Positions 40,258 through 51,096 of a stretch of 64,000 bases of DNA are shown piece after piece. The stretch comes from Alphaproteobacteria bacterium (lineage in GTDB: Bacteria; Pseudomonadota; Alphaproteobacteria; Micavibrionales; SZUA-601). Position numbers and translations under genes: made by a program. Location: positions 133,664 to 197,663 of the forward strand of contig CBDFFU010000006.1 of the NCBI GenBank assembly GCA_965246875.1. Reading direction: 5' to 3'. Under the pieces are notes generated by a model that was given only the letters and a program-made list of their open reading frames with translations, searched no databases and had not been told where the DNA came from. The stretch's first letter is position 1. Every line of letters begins with the position of its first letter.

Positions 40258-40935
40258 TTAAAATCGGATCCAATGCATCAACGGCCGCAGCATGGCCGGA
40301 CAGCCGCGTTTCTTGGGTTTCAGGTCCCAGGCACGCGCCACATCATACGTACAATCGTTCATTAGCGCCCAGAAAATCGGCGGTTCTTTGCTTTGAATCG
40401 CCATGCGTTGCATGCGCCATTGTTTGACATGGTCAGGTGTCGTGACATGTGTCATGCGGATCGTGTCCAGCAATTGCTGATACTGTGTCACCAGCACATC
40501 ATGCTCACGCGCCTTGTGTGAAAAATTCCACACCATGCTCAATGCGCCCAGACCGATAACGCCAAATCCCAGCAAGCCTTGATGTGTCATGTTCAGCAAA
40601 AACGCCGCGGCTGACAACATCAACGTACTGAAGACGAGAACTTTGTAGACGCCATCGTAATGATGCTTGCGGCGTTTGTGGTAGCGCATGGAGATTTCAG
40701 CAGCAACAACCAGTTTATCGACAACGGACAGGCCTTCATCATTTGCCGGTTGTGGCGGCGGTATGACAGTTGGCATTGTATCAGCGCGGTTCTGAATTTT
40801 TTCGTCGGTGTTCTGCGGACGAAAGGCTTCGCCATAAAAGCTTTCCTCGAAACCATGCAGACCAACGGTTCGCAGCGCAGTCTGGCTGCGCGCGGCGGTC
40901 GATACGATTACCTGCTGCGAAGAGGCAGCATTCAT
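40258..40935 (-). CDS. Putative SLATT-like 2TM protein
   Basis: S.RYH.RR..HYD, two hydrophobic helices, AREH..L..QY..L, EPP...AL...C...VA.A; true start may be downstream of 40935. Confidence 0.55.
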   Translation of the reverse strand: MNAASSQQVIVSTAARSQTALRTVGLHGFEESFYGEAFRPQNTDEKIQNRADTMPTVIPPPQPANDEGLSVVDKLVVAAEISMRYHKRRKHHYDGVYKVLVFSTLMLSAAAFLLNMTHQGLLGFGVIGLGALSMVWNFSHKAREHDVLVTQYQQLLDTIRMTHVTTPDHVKQWRMQRMAIQSKEPPIFWALMNDCTYDVARAWDLKPKKRGCPAMLRPLMHWIRF

Positions 40936-41152
40936 GAGGGTCCATCCTGCTTAGAGATGTTCGAAAGCATCAACAGTGCGGTGCATGCCGCATCAGTCTG
41001 ACGAGAACGTTCAGGAATAACAGCGTATTTGTTCACAAAGGTCAATAACTATTTTTTAAATTTTTTCTACAGCTTTGTTTTTGAATCATTCTTACATTTT
41101 AGCGGACACAATGATATTCACAAAGTCACAAGTCTTTTTTGACGTAAAATCA

Positions 41153-41600
41153 ATGTCTCAACAAATTTACAAGGCAGCCAAGCATTTTACGATAGAAATC
41201 ATGCGCAGTGCAGACTCCTTTGGCGCTCTTATGCTGTTTGGTTGTGTATTGACCAGTATTGTGTGGCTGCCAGTTCTGATCATATTTTTCAAATTCCGTA
41301 ATCGGTCACGCGCTTTCCCGTGGACCGTTGGCAAAGTTGTCGTATAAATAGCAAGTTATGTGATGGTCACTATTGCGTTTTTCGGCGGTGTGTTGGCTGG
41401 CTGTAGGTGTCTGAGGCAAATAATGTTTATTTGACTATCGTTCTGGCTGTCTGTAGCGCATGTCTGATAATCGTGGTCTTTGCCTGCCGGGCAGACGTCT
41501 TGGCACTTTACAAGTACAAACTTTTGAAGCATGCAGGTTATCTGTTTTTGTGCTGGCTGGCTATGGTGCGGTGTTGCAGCTTTTCCAGGCATGGCATAAG
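41153..41600 (+). pseudogene. Possible degraded multi-TM membrane protein gene
   Basis: Hydrophobic segments continue through the TAA at 41345-41347 and across a frame change near 41405. Confidence 0.35.
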
Positions 41601-41661
41601 AATGTCTTTACTGGATATTGACCCTGATTCTCCTATAATGAAGCTGGCTTTCGCTTTTCAT

Positions 41662-41738
41662 GACTCCATAGCTCAATCGGATAGAGCAACTGCCTTCTAA
41701 GCAGTAGGTTGCAGGTTCGATTCCTGCTGGGGTCGCCA
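41662..41738 (+). tRNA. tRNA-Arg(TCT)
   Basis: 77 nt; acceptor GACTCCA/TGGGGTC, D arm, anticodon stem ACTGC-CTTCTAA-GCAGT, GGTTCGATTCC T arm, encoded CCA. Confidence 0.97.
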
Positions 41739-41812
41739 TTCTCTTGGCTGCAGAAAAGAACAGGTTCTTTTTACATCCATAAGAAACACATGACCCAGAT
41801 AATTTTGGCCGT

Positions 41813-44800
41813 TTAAGCTGCAGCTTGTTTCGCTTGAATCACCGTCTCCAACAACGCGCGCAACTCTTTTGGATTAAACGGCTTGGCAATGTAATGATCC
41901 ATGCCGGCGGCCAGGCAGCGTTCTTTGTCGCCAACCAGGGCATGGGCCGTCATGCCGATGATGGGCAAGCGTTGGCGGCTGTGCTGTTGTTCCCAGTCGC
42001 GAATACGTTGTGTGGCATCCAGGCCGCTTAAACCCGGCATTTGCACATCCATCAACGCGGCGGCATAGGACGCGGTTTTGACTTTTGCAATGGCATCATG
42101 CCCGTTATTCGCAACATCGCAGCTATAGCCGAAACTTTCGAGAAAAGCCGTGGCGACCAGTACATTCGGCGCGTAATCTTCAACCAGTAACAGGTGCTTG
42201 GCGTAATCGGTTGCCGGCAGTGCTGATACAGATAGTGATGTATCAATACGTAATGGCTGAGGCGCCAATTTCCGCAGCGGGATGGATAGCATAAAGACAG
42301 ACCCTTTACCCAATACGCTTTCGACGTGCAACGTGCCGCCCATGATTTCGGTCAGGGTTTTCGTGATCGCCAAGCCAAGCCCGGTGCCGCCATATTTGCG
42401 GTTGATGGAACTGTCGGCTTGCATGAATTTGTGGAAAATCGTGTCCAGTTTGTCAGATGCAATACCAATCCCGGTGTCGGTTACGCGTAGTTGAATCGTT
42501 TCAATATCGGCGTCATCCGTGTCGGTACAACTGATTGCCAGATCGATTCCGCCGTATTCTGTGAATTTAACGGCGTTGCTGCATAAATTGAGAATGATCT
42601 GGCGCAAACGGGCCGGATCACCCAAATAGGTTTGATGTTCGACACATTCGCCGTGTAATTGAAAGGACAGGTTTTTCTCACGTACCCGCACCGCCATCAT
42701 GCTGGCAACTTCTGCTACCAACTGGTGAACATTGAATGGGATCTGTTCCAGTTCGACAGTGCGCGCTTCAATTTTTGCAATATCCAATAGATCGTTGATC
42801 AGTGCCAGCAATGAATCCGCGCTCATTTGCAGAGTTTTGATAAATTCTGTCTGTTTAGAGGTTAATGGCCGGCTCATGGCTAAAATGTTTGACAAGCCGA
42901 TGACGGCGTTCATAGGTGTCCGAATTTCGTGGCTCATATTGGTGAGAAATTCGGTTTTCGCAATGTTCGCGGCTTCGGCCGCTTCGGTTGCATTTTTTTG
43001 GTCTTCAATGTCGGTGTTGGTGCCAATCCAGCGCAAGCCATGATCAGTTTCAACAGCGACAGCGCGAATGATATGCCAGCGATACGTGCCATCATGTTGG
43101 CAAATACGGAACTGTGTTTCATACGGCTGACCGGTTTGCACCGCCTGCGTCCACAATGCCGCACTGGCATTCAAATCATCGGGATGGACGATCTGTACCC
43201 ATTTGTTGCCGGACAGATCAGCATGTGTCAAACCGCTATATTCATAGGTGCGGTCGTTGAACCAATCCAGCTCACCGTTGGGCAATGCGGTCCAGACTTG
43301 GTTCGGCATGGCTTGTGCCATCGTGCGGAACTGGTTTTCTTTCTCTTTCAAGGCATCGACCGCCAGTTTGCGCTCGGTGATATCCTGAATAACACCCAGC
43401 ATTTGTATCGGTTTGCCCGTTTCGTCATGGACAAATTTGGCACTACGTGCCAGCCAGCGCAATTTGCCATTCTGGCCATGACGAATGCGATATTCGACAT
43501 CTAACGGCGAGGTGCCATTGGCGCGCGTTTCAGGGGTTGAGCGAATATGCAGATCTGCCGGGTAAAAAAGTGCCTCAACGGTTGTGGCAGACACGGTTTC
43601 TGCTTCAGGTAAACCAAACAGGCAGCAGAATTCTGGTGTAACCGTCATGAGATTAGTCTGCAAATCAATGGAAAAAACACCGATCCCGCCGGCTGCCTGG
43701 GCAAACCGGAAATCCTCTTCGGTCTTGCGCAGTTTTTGTTCCGCTTCACGCCGTTCCGTGATATCGATAGCGACTCCTGGAAAGCGAGCAGGTTTCCCGC
43801 TTTCATCTTGCTGGGTGCGGCCTTTAGCAACTACCCAGCGCACGGAACCATCGGGCTGCATCAAACGGTATTCTTCGTTGAAAGTGCCGCCTTCGGTGCA
43901 TAGGCGTTCTATGACAGGCTCAACACGGCGTTTATCGTCGGGATGTACGGCATCTGTAAAATTTTCGATTGGAACGCCGGTTGCGGCTAATGCTGGATCC
44001 ACCGAATACAACCGGGCAAACCGTTCATCGGCTGTCACTTTGTTATGAACCAGATCCCAATCCCAGATCCCGACAAAGTCAGAGGCTTCCAATGCAATCG
44101 CGCGCCGTTCTTCGCTGAGACGGAGTGCGTTTTCTGTTTCTTCTTGCTCCGTAATGTCGCGTGTCGTACCGGCAATGGCGGTAATGTTGCCTTGATCATC
44201 CAAGACAGGGGCAAAAATGTAATCATAAATCCGGCGGCCATTCGTGCCGGTAAAGGGGATTCTGTTTTGCACGGGCTTATGGGTTGTAATGACCTGGTCA
44301 ATTTCCCGCTCGTGCATGTCGGCATGCCATATTTCATAGTCAAGCTCGTAAAACGTTCGTCCAATAACGTTTTCAAGTGTTTTGCCCCACATCGTAATAA
44401 GTGCATCGTTTGCGTAAATAAAACGTTTGTCGAGACCAATGATGTAAACAAAATCAGGTGTGTGCGTCAGAAACGTTTCATAGACACGTTGCCAATATTC
44501 TGCATGAGCTTTTTCGGCTTCGCGTTCTTTCAATATGCGACGCAATTCAAGATGGCTCATGACCTGATCAGCCAGCGTCTGTAACGCAAAATGTTGCTGT
44601 TCGGTCAATACACGCGGTTTGTAATCCAGCACACATAATGTCCCTAAAGGAATACCATCAGGTGTCCGCAGCACAGCGCTGGAGTAAAAGCGAAAATGTG
44701 GCTCACCGGCGACAAGCGGATGATCGGCAAATTTTGTATCTTCTGACGCATCGGGTATCTCAAAGCTATCGCCTTGTTCAATCGCATATTTGCACACAGA

Positions 44801-45040
44801 CAAATCCAGCGGTGTTTCGCGTATGCCCATGCCAGTTTCCGCTTTAAACCACTGTCGATCCCGATCAACCAGACTGATAAGAGAAACAGGTGCGTCACAG
44901 ATTTGCGAGGCTAATATGACGACATCGTCAAATTGTTTTTCAAAGGGCGTATCCAGGATGTCATAGCGCGCCAATGCCGCCAGGCGTTCAGCGTCGCTCC
45001 GACGGATAGCAGGATCAGTCGTGGATATCGATGCAGTCAT
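41813..45040 (-). CDS. Hybrid sensor kinase (GAF, multiple PAS/PAC, HisKA, HATPase, REC)
   Basis: ERLAALARYDILDT GAF; repeated PAS with WDWD and EYR motifs; FLTNMSHEIRTPMN; GGTGLGL; MDVQMPGLSG. Confidence 0.93.
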   Translation of the reverse strand: MTASISTTDPAIRRSDAERLAALARYDILDTPFEKQFDDVVILASQICDAPVSLISLVDRDRQWFKAETGMGIRETPLDLSVCKYAIEQGDSFEIPDASEDTKFADHPLVAGEPHFRFYSSAVLRTPDGIPLGTLCVLDYKPRVLTEQQHFALQTLADQVMSHLELRRILKEREAEKAHAEYWQRVYETFLTHTPDFVYIIGLDKRFIYANDALITMWGKTLENVIGRTFYELDYEIWHADMHEREIDQVITTHKPVQNRIPFTGTNGRRIYDYIFAPVLDDQGNITAIAGTTRDITEQEETENALRLSEERRAIALEASDFVGIWDWDLVHNKVTADERFARLYSVDPALAATGVPIENFTDAVHPDDKRRVEPVIERLCTEGGTFNEEYRLMQPDGSVRWVVAKGRTQQDESGKPARFPGVAIDITERREAEQKLRKTEEDFRFAQAAGGIGVFSIDLQTNLMTVTPEFCCLFGLPEAETVSATTVEALFYPADLHIRSTPETRANGTSPLDVEYRIRHGQNGKLRWLARSAKFVHDETGKPIQMLGVIQDITERKLAVDALKEKENQFRTMAQAMPNQVWTALPNGELDWFNDRTYEYSGLTHADLSGNKWVQIVHPDDLNASAALWTQAVQTGQPYETQFRICQHDGTYRWHIIRAVAVETDHGLRWIGTNTDIEDQKNATEAAEAANIAKTEFLTNMSHEIRTPMNAVIGLSNILAMSRPLTSKQTEFIKTLQMSADSLLALINDLLDIAKIEARTVELEQIPFNVHQLVAEVASMMAVRVREKNLSFQLHGECVEHQTYLGDPARLRQIILNLCSNAVKFTEYGGIDLAISCTDTDDADIETIQLRVTDTGIGIASDKLDTIFHKFMQADSSINRKYGGTGLGLAITKTLTEIMGGTLHVESVLGKGSVFMLSIPLRKLAPQPLRIDTSLSVSALPATDYAKHLLLVEDYAPNVLVATAFLESFGYSCDVANNGHDAIAKVKTASYAAALMDVQMPGLSGLDATQRIRDWEQQHSRQRLPIIGMTAHALVGDKERCLAAGMDHYIAKPFNPKELRALLETVIQAKQAAA

Positions 45041-45174
45041 TCAGCCTGAGAAAATTGCCGGAGGAAAATTACGGGCATAATACCATTAATGAGAACAATT
45101 GGGTACTCTTTTTCAAACGAAAATAAGCATCTGGAATACATGGAACTATGAGTGTGTCGGCAGCCTTTATATGA

Positions 45175-47880
45175 CTATGCAGCACTGTCTTTCTTTAAGG
45201 CGTACAAGAAATCCAACGCCTCTTTGGCATTTAACTGGTCTGGTTGCAACGTTTTGAGTTGTGCTAAAACGGTCTGGTCACCAAGCGATAAAATGGGCGA
45301 GGCAGTTTCAGACAGACCTGTCGGTACTGGCGAAATAATATGGTCTTTTTGTGCTTCCAGATCGTGCAGAATATGTTGCGCGCGTTGCGTGACGCTTATC
45401 GGCATGCCAGCCAGTTGTGCGACGTGAATGCCGTAGGAACCGGCTGCTTTGCCTTTGATGATGTGATGCAGAAAAATAATTTCTCCCTGGCCAGCGGCGT
45501 TCTGCCAGTCCTTGATCTCTAACGTATAACAGGTGACCCGCGCCAGATCATGTTCCAACTGTGTCAATTCATGATAATGCGTCGCGAACAGGCCGCGGCA
45601 TTGGTTGGTGTTGTGCAAATGTTCCAAGGTGGCCCAAGCGATGGCCAGACCATCATAGGTCGCGGTACCGCGACCGATTTCATCCAGAATGACCAATGAT
45701 TTAGCGGTTGCCTGATGGAGAATGCTGGCCGTTTCCACCATTTCAACCATAAAAGTTGATTTCCCTTGCGCCAGATCGTCAGCCGCACCCACACGGCTGA
45801 AAAGTTTATCGACGATACCAATCGTGGCAGATGTCGCTGGCACATAACTGCCAATTTGCGCCAAGAAGACGATCAACGCATTTTGCCGTAAAAACGTTGA
45901 TTTCCCGGCCATGTTTGGGCCGGTGATCAACCAAAGCGCTTCATCCTTTTCCAGACAGCAATCATTCGCCACAAACTGGGTCTGTGTTTTCTGCCGCAAC
46001 GATTGTTCAACGACGGGGTGACGTCCGTCTGCAATCGAAAAATCAGCACCTAAAGTCAACATCGGGCGGCAATAATTATTCTCTTTTGCCAAAACAGCGC
46101 CAGATAAAGCGACATCAATCGTCGCCAAAGCCTGTGCCGCGGCGCGAACAGGAGACGCATGCGCTTCAACGCGTGAGACCAGGTCGGCAAACAATTGCAA
46201 TTCGATCTGCATGGCTTTGACGCTGGCTGTCGTGATCTTTTCTTCCAGCGCTTGCAATTCCAGCGTGGTAAAACGTGTTGCCGACGCCAGGGTTTGGCGG
46301 TGGACAAACAATTTGCCGTCTGCATTGTTCGGGTCGCGCGTCTGCATCGCCTGTTCACTGTTGGTTGGCGACACTTCGATAAAATAACCCAGCACATTAT
46401 TGTGTTTGATCTTTAACGTCGGGATGCGGCTGTGGGCGCAGTATTGCTGCTGTAAATTCGCCATAATCCGGCGGGTATCATTTTGCAATGACCGGTATTG
46501 GTCGAGGTCAGTGTGATACCCGTCTTTAATAAATCCACCATCACGCGCCTGATACGGCAATTCATCATTCAATGATTGCGCCAGATCATTGACCAGTTGC
46601 GCCATTGCAGCATTTGTTTGCAACGCTTCACAGGCATTGTGTAACAGTGGCGGTTTTGGCAAGGCGTTTAGCGTGTCAGCAATTTGGGTGCCGATGGTTA
46701 AGCCTGTTCCCAAAGCGGCCAGATCGCGCGGCCCGCCACGGCCCCATAACAAGCGTGACAAACTGCGCTCTAAATCGGGCAGGCGCGGCAAACTGTCGCG
46801 CAGTGATTTTTGCAGGAGGGGCTGATCCAGAAAAAACGCGATGGCATCCTGTCGTTGTATCAGTGGCGCGATGTCAGCCAATGGGGTGGCCACGTGCGCC
46901 TGCAACATGCGGCAACCGGCAGCGGTTTGGGTGCGGTCAATCGTGTGCAAGACACTGCCGTGTTTGTCGCCATTTAATGTTACTGTTAATTCCAGATTGC
47001 GCCGTGTCGCACTGTCGATTAATAGAACACCTTGCATGACTGTTTTTTGCGGCGTGGCCAGCTGTAATCCATCCCGTTTTTGCGTCAGGGCAATGTAATC
47101 AATCAAACCGCCAAGCGCGGCAAAATCAACGGCATCAAAATTCCCGAACCCGTCCACGCTTTGCACATTATACAGTTGCTGCAAGCGTTTTTCGCCTTGT
47201 ATAGCGTTGAAACGCTGCACCGGCTGGTTGGTCAGAACGATGTTTGATAGAGTCTGGTTTTTAATCAGCTGCGTGATGATATCATCTGCCGCGATGATTT
47301 CGCGCGGCTGGATTTGCGCCACGGCATTTAATAAATCGGTATATTGCACACCGCTTTGCACCTGGACAGAACCGGTGGAGAGGTCGGCCCAGGCGATAGA
47401 CCAGCCTTGTTTATCCATCGCCACACTGGCCAGATAATTGCTGTCACGCGCGGATAATAAACTGTCTTCGGTGACGGTGCCGGGTGTGACAATACGGATG
47501 ACATCGCGGTTGACCAGTTTGCCGCCGCGTTGCTTGGCCTGTTCCGGTGTTTCCGTTTGCTCGCAGATCGCGACCCGATGCCCGGCACGGATCAGTTTCG
47601 CCATGTAGGTTTCATGCGCATGCACCGGTACACCGCACATGGGGATATCGGTGTCTTGTAACTTGCCACGCTTGGTGAGGGTGATATCCAGCAGCTTGCT
47701 GGCTGTCACGGCATCGTCGAAAAATAATTCATAAAAATCACCCATGCGGTAAAACATCAGGCAATCCGGATGGGCCGCTTTCAACTCGTGATATTGCTGC
47801 ATCATGGGCGTTAATAACAGCTGCGCGGCATCTTCGGCTATATTGGCAAAGAGACTGGCCTGATGTGCCGCAGAACTCAT
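45175..47880 (-). CDS. mutS: DNA mismatch repair protein MutS
   Basis: [59 protein letters not shown]. Confidence 0.98.
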   Translation of the reverse strand: MSSAAHQASLFANIAEDAAQLLLTPMMQQYHELKAAHPDCLMFYRMGDFYELFFDDAVTASKLLDITLTKRGKLQDTDIPMCGVPVHAHETYMAKLIRAGHRVAICEQTETPEQAKQRGGKLVNRDVIRIVTPGTVTEDSLLSARDSNYLASVAMDKQGWSIAWADLSTGSVQVQSGVQYTDLLNAVAQIQPREIIAADDIITQLIKNQTLSNIVLTNQPVQRFNAIQGEKRLQQLYNVQSVDGFGNFDAVDFAALGGLIDYIALTQKRDGLQLATPQKTVMQGVLLIDSATRRNLELTVTLNGDKHGSVLHTIDRTQTAAGCRMLQAHVATPLADIAPLIQRQDAIAFFLDQPLLQKSLRDSLPRLPDLERSLSRLLWGRGGPRDLAALGTGLTIGTQIADTLNALPKPPLLHNACEALQTNAAMAQLVNDLAQSLNDELPYQARDGGFIKDGYHTDLDQYRSLQNDTRRIMANLQQQYCAHSRIPTLKIKHNNVLGYFIEVSPTNSEQAMQTRDPNNADGKLFVHRQTLASATRFTTLELQALEEKITTASVKAMQIELQLFADLVSRVEAHASPVRAAAQALATIDVALSGAVLAKENNYCRPMLTLGADFSIADGRHPVVEQSLRQKTQTQFVANDCCLEKDEALWLITGPNMAGKSTFLRQNALIVFLAQIGSYVPATSATIGIVDKLFSRVGAADDLAQGKSTFMVEMVETASILHQATAKSLVILDEIGRGTATYDGLAIAWATLEHLHNTNQCRGLFATHYHELTQLEHDLARVTCYTLEIKDWQNAAGQGEIIFLHHIIKGKAAGSYGIHVAQLAGMPISVTQRAQHILHDLEAQKDHIISPVPTGLSETASPILSLGDQTVLAQLKTLQPDQLNAKEALDFLYALKKDSAA

Positions 47881-47883
47881 AAT

Positions 47884-48333
47884 TTACTTCACACCGGTCG
47901 AGCCGAAACCGCCTTCACCGCGTTCGGTGGCTTCCAGTTCGGTAACCGGTTCCCACAAGATGCGTTCGTATTTTGTCAGCATGCCTTGGGCGATGCGCAT
48001 GCCGCGTTCAACCGTGAAATCCTCGGTGCCGTGATTGATCAGCGGCACACCAATTTCGCCACGGTAATCGGCGTCAATCGTGCCGGTGCCATGTACGACG
48101 CTCAAGCCATTTTTACGTGACATGCCTGAGCGGCCAGTGATCAGAAACACATGTCCATCCGGCAACGCCGTACAGATGCCCGTGGGAAAGGTGTAAAATT
48201 CCTGCGGCTTTAACGTCACCGGCGTATCGATGGCGGCTAGCAGATCAACACACGCCGATTGCGATGTCCCATAGGATGGCAAGGGCAAGCCCTCATAATG
48301 GGGCAGTGTTTTGATGCGGACGGTCGTGAGCAT
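47884..48333 (-). CDS. dut: dUTP diphosphatase
   Basis: ACVDL, RSG, GTIDADYRGEI, RIAQG, RGEGGFGSTG. Confidence 0.93.
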   Translation of the reverse strand: MLTTVRIKTLPHYEGLPLPSYGTSQSACVDLLAAIDTPVTLKPQEFYTFPTGICTALPDGHVFLITGRSGMSRKNGLSVVHGTGTIDADYRGEIGVPLINHGTEDFTVERGMRIAQGMLTKYERILWEPVTELEATERGEGGFGSTGVK

Positions 48334-48426
48334 GAGAGGGCCCTTAATTTGATTATGCTCGCAACATACCCGATTCGTACCCAAATGGCACGTCGGCAGA
48401 TACAAGTTAACGTATTATCTCACTAG

Positions 48427-48726
48427 TTATGAATAGCGCTGAACTCTTGATTGTCTAACAGGTTTTGATGATATTTTACGCCCAACCTTGTGAGCTTGAA
48501 ATGTAGGTTGTGCCATAGCCTGTAAGTTTTTCTTGGCACGTTGGACCATTAATTCTCTTTGCTGCTGTTCTTGTTGTGCTAAGCGCGAAATCATTGTCTC
48601 ATGTAAAATTTTTTCATGTTTGGAAAGACGTGGCTCACTAATAAGAGAATGATAATGAACAGCATTTAACAACGCATCATAATGGCGAGGGAACAGGAAT
48701 TCTTGGACCACATATTGATGCATCAT
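48427..48726 (-). CDS. Hypothetical protein, 99 aa, AT-rich
   Basis: Open frame between ubiE and dut with GGAG RBS; coiled-coil-like middle. Confidence 0.5.
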   Translation of the reverse strand: MMHQYVVQEFLFPRHYDALLNAVHYHSLISEPRLSKHEKILHETMISRLAQQEQQQRELMVQRAKKNLQAMAQPTFQAHKVGRKISSKPVRQSRVQRYS

Positions 48727-48772
48727 TTGTACTCCTAAATGTTGATATTTAAACGAAAATCATGAGAGTCAA

Positions 48773-49543
48773 TTAAATCTTCGTTCCCCAATGAATAGCC
48801 ACGATACCGGCGGACAGATTATGATGGCCACACTCTTTAAACCCGGCCTGTTGTAATTTCTTGACCAGCGTTTTTTGATCCGGGAACTGGCGGATGGATT
48901 CGACGAGATATTGGTACGATGCACGGTCCTGCGCCACTTTCTCACCCAGCCATGGGATAACATTAAAGGAATAGAGGTCGTAAATTTTGCGCAAAATGCT
49001 GGTCACGGGCCGTGAAAATTCCAGGCAGAAAAAGCGACCGCCGGGTTTGAGGATGCGATAGGCATCGGCCAGGGCCTTGTCGATTTGCGCCACGTTGCGC
49101 AGGCCGAACGCGATGGTATAGAGATCAAAGGAATTGTCCGCAAAGGGCAGGGCTTCGGCATTGCCTTCGACCCAGTGCAATTTGCCCAATAGGCCACGAT
49201 CGGTGGCGCGTTGCTGGCCGACCTCCAACATGGCGGGGTTGATATCAGAGACGGTGATCTGGCTGCGGCCAGCGGCATCTTTGGTTTTGTCATGCAAGAG
49301 AAACGCGATGTCACCCGTACCACCGGCCACATCCAGACATTGCATGCCACTACGTGGACGAATAAATGACAGCAGCCGGCGTTTCCAGATACGGTGCAAC
49401 CCGCCCGACATCAAATCGTTCATGATATCATATTGGCCGGCGACACTGGCAAACACCTCGCGTACCCGGCTGGTTTTTTCCGCAGGGCTGCCCACTTTTT
49501 CAAAGCCGAAAAAATGCTCGTCAGATTTTGATTTTGCACTCAT
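48773..49543 (-). CDS. ubiE: Ubiquinone/menaquinone C-methyltransferase
   Basis: VFASVAGQYDIMNDLMSGGLHRIWK, LDVAGGTGD, IAFGLRNV, YLVESIRQFP. Confidence 0.96.
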   Translation of the reverse strand: MSAKSKSDEHFFGFEKVGSPAEKTSRVREVFASVAGQYDIMNDLMSGGLHRIWKRRLLSFIRPRSGMQCLDVAGGTGDIAFLLHDKTKDAAGRSQITVSDINPAMLEVGQQRATDRGLLGKLHWVEGNAEALPFADNSFDLYTIAFGLRNVAQIDKALADAYRILKPGGRFFCLEFSRPVTSILRKIYDLYSFNVIPWLGEKVAQDRASYQYLVESIRQFPDQKTLVKKLQQAGFKECGHHNLSAGIVAIHWGTKI

Positions 49544-49546
49544 GTG

Positions 49547-51052
49547 TTACGCCTTGTTCCGCATCGTCGGGAAGGCAATGACGTCGCGGATGCTTTGGCT
49601 GTTGGTCAACAACATAACCATCCGGTCGATGCCGATACCTAAACCACCTGTTGGTGGCATGCCGAACTCCAATGCCGTCACAAAATCCAGATCCAGATAT
49701 TGCGCTTCGTCATGACCGGCTTCGCGTTTGGCCACCTGATCGGCGAAACGCTCATATTGGTCGATCGGATCGTTGAGTTCCGAAAAGGCATTGGCGATTT
49801 CCCAGCCGTTGACATACGATTCAAAGCGTTCCGTCAAGCGCGGCTCGTTGCGATGCACTTTGGCGAGTGGTGAAATATCGCGCGGCAAGTCGGTCACATG
49901 AATTGGTTGAATGAGTGTATGTTCCACTTTCTCGCCGAAGAACACTTCAACGATCTCGCCCCATGTCATGAACTTCTCGACATGAATCTTGTGCTCTTTC
50001 GCAACCTTGCGTGCTTCGTCATCGGTCGTAATCGTCATGAAATCAACACCGGTAACCTCTTTGACCAGGTCGACCATGCGCTTGCGTGGCCAGCCAGTGG
50101 CAAAGCTGATTTGCTTGTCGCCATAGGCAATGTCCAGCGAACCATTCGCGGCCAGACATGCATTGGCGACGATCTCTTCGGTAATGTCCATGATGTCATG
50201 ATAATCCGTATAGGCGACATACAATTCCAGCATGGTGAATTCCGGATTGTGCTTGACAGACGTGCCCTCATTGCGAAACACGCGGCCGATTTCATACACG
50301 CCATCGGCCAACCCGCCTACAATCAAACGCTTGAGGTGCAATTCCAAGGCAATGCGCAAAGACAGCGGCATATCCAAAGCATTGTGATGCGTCATAAACG
50401 GTTTCGCTGTCGTGCCACCGGGAATGACATGCAACGCCGGCGTTTCGACCTCGATGTACTCTTTGGCATTCAACGTTTCACGCACCGACTGAATGATGCG
50501 CGAGCGCTTGCGCAAGGTGTCGCGGCTGTCTTCGTTCGCGATCAAATCGGCATAACGCTGGCGGTAACGCTGTTCAATGTCGCTCAAGCCATGATATTTT
50601 TCCGGCATTGGCTGCAATGATTTTGTCAGCAGCGTCACTTTTTTTGCATTAACTGTTAATTCGCCACGCGGTGTGCGGCGAACAATGCCGGTGACACCAA
50701 TAATATCGCCTAAGTCCAGATGCGCGATTTGTTCCAGTTGATCGGCATCCAGATCCTGCTTGTGGCAAAAAATCTGCACCTTGTCGGTGACATCTGATAG
50801 ATCAATAAACATGCCGGAATTGCGATAAGCTGTAATCCGTCCGGCCACAGTTACGGTGTCTTCCGTCACATCGCCATCGGCCAATTCTTTATACTTATCA
50901 TGCAATGCATTGGCCTTGCTATCGGGCTTGAAGGAATGCGGATACGGGTCAATGCCTTTCCCTTTGAAATAGCTGAGATTGTGCAGTTTGCCGTCGCGGA
51001 CGATGTTGCTGTCCAGTCCGTTGATCAATTGCGGCGCGGAAGTATCGGTCAT
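49547..51052 (-). CDS. lysS: Lysine--tRNA ligase, class II
   Basis: OB-fold N-terminus, RYRQRYADL, EVETP, LRIALELHLKRLIVGG, FRNEG...HNPEF, GMPPTGGLGIGIDR. Confidence 0.96.
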   Translation of the reverse strand: MTDTSAPQLINGLDSNIVRDGKLHNLSYFKGKGIDPYPHSFKPDSKANALHDKYKELADGDVTEDTVTVAGRITAYRNSGMFIDLSDVTDKVQIFCHKQDLDADQLEQIAHLDLGDIIGVTGIVRRTPRGELTVNAKKVTLLTKSLQPMPEKYHGLSDIEQRYRQRYADLIANEDSRDTLRKRSRIIQSVRETLNAKEYIEVETPALHVIPGGTTAKPFMTHHNALDMPLSLRIALELHLKRLIVGGLADGVYEIGRVFRNEGTSVKHNPEFTMLELYVAYTDYHDIMDITEEIVANACLAANGSLDIAYGDKQISFATGWPRKRMVDLVKEVTGVDFMTITTDDEARKVAKEHKIHVEKFMTWGEIVEVFFGEKVEHTLIQPIHVTDLPRDISPLAKVHRNEPRLTERFESYVNGWEIANAFSELNDPIDQYERFADQVAKREAGHDEAQYLDLDFVTALEFGMPPTGGLGIGIDRMVMLLTNSQSIRDVIAFPTMRNKA

Positions 51053-51096
51053 GTGGTCTATCCCGTTAAACGTATAATACCCAACAGTTTAAAGCC

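Noticed and set aside
41005-41036. Alphaproteobacterial LexA (GTTC-N7-GTTC) box upstream of the SLATT-like gene
   Set aside because: GAAC/GTTC words are present but not at the required spacing.
41662-41738. tRNA-Arg as attachment site of an island
   Set aside because: No duplicate of its 3' end and no integrase found in the window.
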